Origin: a virus
Direction: 5' to 3' (one strand)
Virus record (IMG/VR): IMGVR_UViG_3300009159_000035
Length of the DNA stretch: 64,000 bases
Part shown: positions 57,524 to 64,000 of the stretch, piece after piece
How positions within the stretch are numbered: position 1 is the first letter of the stretch
Layout: every line of letters starts with the position of its first letter
Program-made: the position numbers and the translations under genes
The notes under the pieces: generated by a model
What the model was told of the DNA's origin: nothing
The model's input: only the letters and a program-made list of their open reading frames with translations
Databases searched by the model: none

Positions 57524-59512
57524 TTGACTACTACTAATATTAAAAGTTTAAACCAACCTGCTATCCCAGAGAATTCAGTGTTTATCATTGAGCATCTAAA
57601 TGAAGCAGTTACGGTAACTACAGAAAACAATGATGTTATTCTTGAAGGTACGGCGGCAGTTTTCGGAGTAATGAATGAGAACAATCGTATTTACCAAAAA
57701 CAAGAATATTTACCTCATTTAACTTACTTAAATGAGAAGATCAAACAGCGTAGACTATTTGGTGAACTTGATCATCCGCAAAAATTTGATGTTTCATTAG
57801 CTAATGTATCCCATGTAATTTTGGGACTTACATATGATGAACCAAGCAATAGCGTAAAAATTAGACTACAGTTATTAGATACACCATGTGGTAGAATTGC
57901 AAAAACTTTAGTTTTAGCAGGTTGTACTACTTCAATTTCTTCAAGAGCTGCAGGTAATGTTAATAAAGACGGAAATGTTACATTAGCAAAAATATTCACA
58001 TACGATTTGGTTGCAGAACCAGGTTTTGCACAAGCTGCGCTTGGCCAAGTATCTGAAAGTTTGCAAAATAACTATTCTGCAATCTTTGAATCATTAGATT
58101 CATTAAGAACTAGCGCAATCACTACCCAATTAACAGATATTTCTGAAAACTTCGGTTTTGAGGATTCTGTGAAGATTTACCGAATAAATAATCAAGAAAT
58201 ATCAACTAAACAAAATAATACACAGCAAATGGCTAATGAGTTTGTAACAAAAGAAGAGATGAATCAGTATTCTGAACTGGTTAAAAAGAAATTTTCTTCT
58301 CTACAAGAGAATATCTCTAAAAACAATAAAGGTCTTCAAAAGATCAGTGAAAATGCAACAGAAGGAGAATCTCCAGTTGTTGCTAAAATGGTAGAATACG
58401 TTAACTATTTAGCTGGCGAAATGGAGCAATTAGTTGAATACTCTAACTATCTTTCAACAATGTTAAATCAAGGTATTAATTACACTGAGCATGTTGCAGA
58501 GAAAGTTAATACAGTAATCGATTATTCTGACTATTTAGCAGGCACAGTAGAAAAGAATATTCAATATTCTAGCTACTTAGGAGAAAAACTTAATGAAAAC
58601 ATTAACTATTCTGAATATATTGCTGAAAACGTAGAAAAAACAGTTGAATATGCTAACTACATTGCAGAAAATGTAGACAGCAGTATTCAATACACAGAAT
58701 ACGTTGGACAAAGTGCAGAAAAAGGAATTCAATTTTCAAATTACTTAGCTGAGAATTTAGATGCATCTATTAAATACTCTAACTATTTAGGACAAAACCT
58801 TAATGAAGGTATTAGATATTCAGAATACATTGCTGAATCATTAAATGAAAAAATCACTCCTTCAGCTTTAACTAAAACTCGTTCTTTACTTGGAGAAGTT
58901 AAAAAATTAAATGAAGGCGTAGAATTTGAAGTTAATGAAACTTCTTCAGTTGATGACCTAGTTGGAGCAGTTGATGGACTATTAACTCACATTAAATCAA
59001 ATTCAGCTAAATCTATTTTGGAAAACAAATATCCATTCTTAAAATTGTTAACTGAAGGTCGTAAGCAAGCATTCTATAATTTAGATCAGCCTACTAAATC
59101 TGCAATTGTTGAAACAATGCAAGGAGCTATCTACTTTAACGAAGCTGAAGTAGTTAATATTATGGAAGCAGTTCTTAACAAACAAGTTGAAAACACGCCT
59201 AATTATATTAAACTTATGCCAGCTGCATACAAGCAATTATTTGAAAGTATGACTGACGGAGAAAGAAATTGGATGGCTTCTCAAGCTAACAACTTCACTT
59301 TAAATACTTCATATCAAGTTAAGTCTTTTTGGGATTCTCGCGATTTAAGAGGAGTTAATGAGAGACTTGCAACTGAAACAATTATAAATAATAATTCTAT
59401 TAACGAAAACCAAGGTAAAGAAGGTTACGTATCGTTAAACCAAATAAACGAAAGTCTACGTGGTTATTCTAATAACTACATGGACGCTCTTAAAAGAAGA
59501 GCACAAAATTAA
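57524..59512 (+). CDS. Prohead protease (gp21-like) fused to scaffolding/core domain
   Basis: N.N.R.Y, GELDHP, VSH, LLDTP.G.I, ISSRAAG, YDLVAEPGF; C-terminal Y..Y.AE repeats. Confidence 0.88.
   Translation: MTTTNIKSLNQPAIPENSVFIIEHLNEAVTVTTENNDVILEGTAAVFGVMNENNRIYQKQEYLPHLTYLNEKIKQRRLFGELDHPQKFDVSLANVSHVILGLTYDEPSNSVKIRLQLLDTPCGRIAKTLVLAGCTTSISSRAAGNVNKDGNVTLAKIFTYDLVAEPGFAQAALGQVSESLQNNYSAIFESLDSLRTSAITTQLTDISENFGFEDSVKIYRINNQEISTKQNNTQQMANEFVTKEEMNQYSELVKKKFSSLQENISKNNKGLQKISENATEGESPVVAKMVEYVNYLAGEMEQLVEYSNYLSTMLNQGINYTEHVAEKVNTVIDYSDYLAGTVEKNIQYSSYLGEKLNENINYSEYIAENVEKTVEYANYIAENVDSSIQYTEYVGQSAEKGIQFSNYLAENLDASIKYSNYLGQNLNEGIRYSEYIAESLNEKITPSALTKTRSLLGEVKKLNEGVEFEVNETSSVDDLVGAVDGLLTHIKSNSAKSILENKYPFLKLLTEGRKQAFYNLDQPTKSAIVETMQGAIYFNEAEVVNIMEAVLNKQVENTPNYIKLMPAAYKQLFESMTDGERNWMASQANNFTLNTSYQVKSFWDSRDLRGVNERLATETIINNNSINENQGKEGYVSLNQINESLRGYSNNYMDALKRRAQN
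58229..59512 (+). CDS. Putative nested scaffolding protein (internal in-frame start)
   Basis: Internal late motif AATAAATAAT at 58183, A-rich leader, in-frame ATG (MANEFVTKEE). Confidence 0.55.
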   Translation: MANEFVTKEEMNQYSELVKKKFSSLQENISKNNKGLQKISENATEGESPVVAKMVEYVNYLAGEMEQLVEYSNYLSTMLNQGINYTEHVAEKVNTVIDYSDYLAGTVEKNIQYSSYLGEKLNENINYSEYIAENVEKTVEYANYIAENVDSSIQYTEYVGQSAEKGIQFSNYLAENLDASIKYSNYLGQNLNEGIRYSEYIAESLNEKITPSALTKTRSLLGEVKKLNEGVEFEVNETSSVDDLVGAVDGLLTHIKSNSAKSILENKYPFLKLLTEGRKQAFYNLDQPTKSAIVETMQGAIYFNEAEVVNIMEAVLNKQVENTPNYIKLMPAAYKQLFESMTDGERNWMASQANNFTLNTSYQVKSFWDSRDLRGVNERLATETIINNNSINENQGKEGYVSLNQINESLRGYSNNYMDALKRRAQN

Positions 59513-59529
59513 AAAAACATTTTTAAAAA

Positions 59530-61227
59530 ATGGCAACAAAAATTTTCAAAAAATTGAACGACGCTTCAATTAAAGAAACTTGGACCCCAATTTTAGAAGG
59601 TTATGGTGCAAACGTTACAACTCGCCCTTGGTTAGTTGACTACGCTCACAATCATGCTATCTTCGATAATGCAGGTTCAATCAATGAATCAAACACTGGC
59701 GTAGCTCCAGGTTTATTCTTACAACAACCAGGTTCTATCAGTTCTATTGGTGCAATTAGTTCTCCAACAAGTTCTATGACTCCATTCACAGGTGGTGCTA
59801 AAAACGGTTACGGTGCTTCTGTATCTGGTTCTGGTGATAAATTCCCAAGCCTTTTACCAGTTGCTATCCAAGTAGCTGCTAAAACTATTGGTTTTGACCT
59901 AGTTGGTGTAGTTCCTATGGATTCTCCAGTAGGTTTCTTACCTTACTTGGATTATGTATACCAAGGTGGTAACGTAGACAAGCAATACGAACCATATTTG
60001 ATTAAAATCACAGGTTTGTTAGAAAACCCAGCTGGTGGTGCTAAATTCACAGTAGCAACTCTTCCATTTACTGAAGGTTCTAACTATGGTGTTAACGAAA
60101 GTAACACTGACTTGATTTTACAATTTGTTGGTAAATCACGTGTTGATGGTTCTCCAATCTTCAAAGTTATCCTATCTCATGATGGTGGTACTCTTGCTGA
60201 TTACTTTGCAGTTGACGTTGATATTCAACCAGCTAATGCAACTGACGTTTCAGGTACTGCGGTAGCAACTTACCGTATTGCTGATAACAAAGTTGAATTA
60301 GTTTCTGCTTTAGAAAACCATATTTCTGGTTTTACTTCAGTATCTGACGCTGATTATGCTACATCTGACTTCAATGGTCCTTTTATGGGAACTACTGGAA
60401 CTCAAATGGAAGGTATGGCTCGTCAAACTGCAGAAGGTTCTAAATTCCGTCAAATGGGTCTTCGTATGTTCACTAAGTTCATCGAAGCAAAAGGAGATCA
60501 AGTTTCTATTTCAGCAACTGTTGAACAAATCCAAGATCTTAACCGAGTTTGGAACTTTGACGTAATCTCTATGTTAGAGAACGTAGCAGTTAACGAATTA
60601 GCTCAATCTATTAACAAGAAATTAGTTGATAGAGTTCTTAATTTAGGAGCTACTCACGCAACTGCAGTTAATGCGGTTGAAGGTGCTGGTATTACTACTT
60701 TAGACCTAACTGTTGGAACAATGGGATATGAGAATATTTCAACTCTACAACGTCGTGTTGTAACTAAAATTCTTGAAATGGCTAACTTGATTTATCATAG
60801 AGGTCGTTTTGGTGCAGGTACATACATCGTTACTAACGGTCGTGTTGCTTCTGCTTTAGCAGATGTAGCTGGTTATACTTTCTCTCCATTCAATAACGAT
60901 TTACCATCTACTGCTGGTCAATTATACCCTGCTGGTAAAGTACACGGTTTAACAATTTATGTTGATCCTAACTTGAAATTCACCGATAACCGTATTCATA
61001 TTGGTCGTAAAGGTGCGGATGAAGAACCAGGTGTTAAATTCCTTCCATATATCATGGCAGAGTCTCTTCAAACAATTGCAGAGGGAACTTTCTCTCCAAA
61101 AATTGGTATGAAATCTCGTTATGCTATCACTGAAGCTGGATGGCACCCAGAAACTCAATACATTACTTTGAACGTAACAGGTCTAGGTGTATTGACAGGA
61201 TCTGTAGCACCAGCTGCTTCTTACTAA
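59530..61227 (+). CDS. Major capsid protein (T4 gp23-like)
   Basis: W.PILE, DLVGVVPM.SP.G, QDL, E...SIN, GRFG.G..IV, G...G..IYVDP, PYI, F.PKIGMKSRY; strongly biased codons. Confidence 0.93.
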   Translation: MATKIFKKLNDASIKETWTPILEGYGANVTTRPWLVDYAHNHAIFDNAGSINESNTGVAPGLFLQQPGSISSIGAISSPTSSMTPFTGGAKNGYGASVSGSGDKFPSLLPVAIQVAAKTIGFDLVGVVPMDSPVGFLPYLDYVYQGGNVDKQYEPYLIKITGLLENPAGGAKFTVATLPFTEGSNYGVNESNTDLILQFVGKSRVDGSPIFKVILSHDGGTLADYFAVDVDIQPANATDVSGTAVATYRIADNKVELVSALENHISGFTSVSDADYATSDFNGPFMGTTGTQMEGMARQTAEGSKFRQMGLRMFTKFIEAKGDQVSISATVEQIQDLNRVWNFDVISMLENVAVNELAQSINKKLVDRVLNLGATHATAVNAVEGAGITTLDLTVGTMGYENISTLQRRVVTKILEMANLIYHRGRFGAGTYIVTNGRVASALADVAGYTFSPFNNDLPSTAGQLYPAGKVHGLTIYVDPNLKFTDNRIHIGRKGADEEPGVKFLPYIMAESLQTIAEGTFSPKIGMKSRYAITEAGWHPETQYITLNVTGLGVLTGSVAPAASY

Positions 61228-61252
61228 TAATAAGATTTAATAAGCTAATCTC

Positions 61253-61288
61253 AAAAAGGCTCCTCACAAGGGAGCCTTTTTCTTTTTT
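61253..61288 (+). terminator. Rho-independent terminator after the major capsid gene
   Basis: AAAAAGGCTCC-TCACAAG-GGAGCCTTTTT. Confidence 0.88.
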
Positions 61289-61344
61289 AAGGATGGGTCG
61301 CTAATAAATAACATTCTAAAGTACTTAAAAAATAATATAAACAA

Positions 61345-61710
61345 ATGAGCAATTCTGTTTTAAACTACTCACAATTTCTTTTAGAAAAGAAAGCAATCAA
61401 CCAAGAAATGGCAATGTTGCCTAAAGGTAAAGGTTCAAAATCTACTAAATCAGTAGGATCTGAAATGTCTGAACTTCCAAAAGGAAAAGGAAAAGGTATT
61501 AGCAAATCAGTAAAACCTGAAATGTCTACTCTTCCTAAAGGAAAAGGTAAAATGATTGGAAAATCAGTAGATACGAAAGTTTCTAAATTACCTACAACTA
61601 AAGGTGCTTCACCTAAAAAATCAGTAGACTCTAAAATGTCTAAATTGATAATTAAAGGTAAAGCTATTAGTAAGAAAGTTGAGCCTAACATGGCTAAAAT
61701 GCCTAAGTAA
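61345..61710 (+). CDS. Lys-rich repeat protein with CTS-like leader (candidate internal head protein)
   Basis: VLNYSQFLLE then ~19-aa repeats MS.LPKGKGK...KSV; late motif at 61303. Confidence 0.72.
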   Translation: MSNSVLNYSQFLLEKKAINQEMAMLPKGKGSKSTKSVGSEMSELPKGKGKGISKSVKPEMSTLPKGKGKMIGKSVDTKVSKLPTTKGASPKKSVDSKMSKLIIKGKAISKKVEPNMAKMPK

Positions 61711-61729
61711 TTAAAAAACCCATTCTGAA

Positions 61730-62035
61730 ATGTCAGATCAAAGAAAACACAAGGTCACGTCCTTTCAGTCGTTTGTTATTCAGGAAAATTCAATAAAGGA
61801 TTTAGTTGGAAAAACTGATGACGAGCAATTGGACTTAGATGACGCTCGTAGTATTGGAAAAAAGATTTCCAAAATGAAAGGTGAAGATCGTAAGAAATAT
61901 GTTGGCATTGTTAATTTTATGGGAGCATCTTGTAGAATTTACAATGAGATTTGGGCTAACTATAAACCAGTTGATCCATCAACCAAAAAATCAAACCGTG
62001 GAAAAGAATTCCAAGGTGAAAAAGAAGTAGGTTAA
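61730..62035 (+). CDS. Hypothetical protein with CTS-like leader
   Basis: VTSFQSFVIQE. Confidence 0.7.
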   Translation: MSDQRKHKVTSFQSFVIQENSIKDLVGKTDDEQLDLDDARSIGKKISKMKGEDRKKYVGIVNFMGASCRIYNEIWANYKPVDPSTKKSNRGKEFQGEKEVG

Positions 62036-62038
62036 TAA

Positions 62039-63127
62039 TTGAGTGCACAAGGAGTAATAGCTGAATCGGTTGCAAGTTTTAAAATAACTTGGGATAATCC
62101 AGGCAATGGTCAACAACCAAAGTGGGATCAAACTAAACAGTCAATTGAGTTAAATCAAACTGACGTTTATCCTGACTTACAATATGTGTCAGCATTTGCA
62201 GCTCCAATCTATACCAAGTATACATCTGGATCACTTTTAAATGACTTAATAGTTGAGATCAATAAAGTTATTGACTCTAAATTAGCTAGTACCTCTGATA
62301 AAAAAGAGAAAGTTGATGAATTATCTTTGCCGGCAGGTCAACCTGCAGCTAAGCAGCTAGGAGCAGGTCAACCTAATCCTTTTTTAGATGACCCTGACGA
62401 AGAAGAGACAGATACTAAACCTGCACAAGAAAACGAACCTAATAATCAAATAATTCAAGGCAAACCTGAAGATGATTTAGTTAATCCCGAGTCATCTCAA
62501 GCAGCTGAGGTTATAGGTAATAAGCCTACACAAGAAAAAGAACCAGAGGTGACGACAAATGATCAGGACCTGGTTATTAATAATACAACAACTACAACGA
62601 CTACTGCACCACAAAAAGCAGAGTCATCGGCCTATACTGTTACGGTATATGGTGATAAATTAAGATTTTTAGAAGGACAAGAGGGTCGAGGAGCTTATTC
62701 TTCAGGTATTAAGTTTTTATATAAGGTTTCAAATAACCTAACTAAACAAGTAGCTGGAGAACAAATTGATAACAGAACAAAGATTTGGGCAGAAGTTGCT
62801 CTAGCTGGACTATTATCAAAAGTAGTAAGATTTGAATTTGCGGATTTTGATGAAATTGAATTTAAGTTTGGAGGAAATTTACTAGCTCAGGTATTACCTT
62901 CAATTGAATTAAGTTTTACACCAGATCCAAATTCAATTTACTCAAAAGAAAAACCTGAACTTGATATTGCAGATGTTATTAAAGCTACTAATATTACATT
63001 AGGAACTAAAACCACTTCTGAAATTATGTCTTTACAGAAACAAATACAGAAAGAAATCGACTCACGTGAACCTGTTGAAAAACAAAAGCAGCCTGGTAAA
63101 CAAAGTGATTCGGTTGATAATAAATAA
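62039..63127 (+). CDS. Hypothetical late protein with acidic/Thr-rich linker
   Basis: 362 aa, TTG start. Confidence 0.7.
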   Translation: MSAQGVIAESVASFKITWDNPGNGQQPKWDQTKQSIELNQTDVYPDLQYVSAFAAPIYTKYTSGSLLNDLIVEINKVIDSKLASTSDKKEKVDELSLPAGQPAAKQLGAGQPNPFLDDPDEEETDTKPAQENEPNNQIIQGKPEDDLVNPESSQAAEVIGNKPTQEKEPEVTTNDQDLVINNTTTTTTTAPQKAESSAYTVTVYGDKLRFLEGQEGRGAYSSGIKFLYKVSNNLTKQVAGEQIDNRTKIWAEVALAGLLSKVVRFEFADFDEIEFKFGGNLLAQVLPSIELSFTPDPNSIYSKEKPELDIADVIKATNITLGTKTTSEIMSLQKQIQKEIDSREPVEKQKQPGKQSDSVDNK

Positions 63128-63147
63128 CTAAAAAAATACGAGATAAA

Positions 63148-63735
63148 ATGGCAGGTCTACCACATTTTAAAAATTCAGCAGCAGGTCCAGGTAAATATGA
63201 ACCCCTGTACCTTAATCAATTTGAGGTGATTATTACGGCACCACCATTGGTATCAGGTAAAATAGGTTTCAATAACAACTTAATGCTTGAGCACGTAACT
63301 AAAGTAACAAGTTTACCAGAATATTCAGGATCAGGATCAGGAGTAGTTACTCAAAACTATAAATTCTCTCAAAGAACTTATGCTCCAGCTAAGCCAGCTC
63401 AAACATATCATCAGTTTAATATTGAGTTTGAGGTTAACTTAAATAACAATAATGATATGTATATCTACAATGCTCTTAGAGCATGGGGAGATTTAATATA
63501 TGATCCATTGACTGGTCGTCAAGGTCTAAAGACTGATTATGCAAATGCAAGTATTCAAGTAACAATGTTTAATAGAGCTGGTGTAATTTATAGAGATTTT
63601 GTATTTACCCCAGTATTTCTTGGTCCAACTAAAATGACTGAAACTGTTCTTGACTATACTGCAGATAATTCAATTTATAAGTTAACTGCACAATTTACAG
63701 CAGACAAATATACAGACACTCGAATCGGTCAATAA
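63148..63735 (+). CDS. Tail tube protein (gp19-like)
   Basis: EP...N.FEV, F.VNLN, ..W.DL.YDP.TG..GLK.DY, F.AD; late motif at 63119. Confidence 0.78.
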   Translation: MAGLPHFKNSAAGPGKYEPLYLNQFEVIITAPPLVSGKIGFNNNLMLEHVTKVTSLPEYSGSGSGVVTQNYKFSQRTYAPAKPAQTYHQFNIEFEVNLNNNNDMYIYNALRAWGDLIYDPLTGRQGLKTDYANASIQVTMFNRAGVIYRDFVFTPVFLGPTKMTETVLDYTADNSIYKLTAQFTADKYTDTRIGQ

Positions 63736-63753
63736 AATAACAGTTATTATAAA

Positions 63754-64000
63754 ATGGACATGTTTAATGTAAAACGCCGAGATAATCCTTCAATGGATAA
63801 ACATATGGATCTAAAGAAGCCAGGCTTCGGTGGACCAAATTCAAAGGAAGACTTTGATAAATCAAAAAGAAAATCACTTGAAGGATACCAACGAGTAGTT
63901 GACAGAAATGCCGATTTCGAAGGTGGAAATTTCAATCATAATTATGATCCAACGTGGAAAGCAGTAACCCGTGATTTAATTTCAAGAACTGCAAAGAAAA
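63754..64000 (+). CDS. Hypothetical protein (partial, runs off the window)
   Basis: MDMFNVKRRDNPSMDK... open to the end. Confidence 0.65.
   Translation, partial: MDMFNVKRRDNPSMDKHMDLKKPGFGGPNSKEDFDKSKRKSLEGYQRVVDRNADFEGGNFNHNYDPTWKAVTRDLISRTAKK

Noticed and set aside
1965-63935. Other short overlapping or antisense ORFs in the track (e.g. 1965, 2576, 4942, 4999, 9380, 12509, 14040, 17610, 20578, 22751, 25924, 47467, 60356, 61365, 63747)
   Set aside because: They lie within better-supported genes and have no motifs or expression signals.
1-64000. Stop-codon reassignment, introns or inteins
   Set aside because: Core genes are intact in the standard code, the tRNA anticodon TAG reads Leu CTA and is not a suppressor, and no intein or homing-endonuclease motifs were seen.

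Overview
This AT-rich, gene-dense window comes from a large T4-related (jumbo-type) tailed phage. The host is probably in Bacteroidota, inferred from the absence of Shine-Dalgarno motifs and the A-rich leaders. Recognisable virion genes are the major capsid protein, a fused prohead protease-scaffold, portal, neck, head completion, baseplate gp25/gp53/gp5-like proteins and a tail tube. Replication and recombination genes include primase, the C-terminal half only of a family-B DNA polymerase, UvsW, a UvsY-like protein and a DinG helicase. Accessory genes include an RNA-repair cluster with tRNA-Leu(TAG), a T5 A1-like nuclease, a ClpC without its N-domain, DnaJ, a MoxR-AAA/VWA module, a DUF2589 pair, ADP-heptose and sugar enzymes, and a PlcP/LpxH-like + GT2 pair. 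Two promoter classes are visible: T4-like late (NATAAATAA) and AAAC-N17-19-TAnAAn. The most unusual observations are: (1) a Zn-ribbon protein gene enclosed by a long-range inverted repeat with a three-way-junction 5' leader, plus a distant three-hairpin intergenic element whose loops are complementary to that gene's 3' flank; (2) about 20 proteins with a T4 capsid-targeting-like motif, including enzymes; (3) a nested protease/scaffold gene with an internal late promoter. All product calls come from motif recognition, not database searches.
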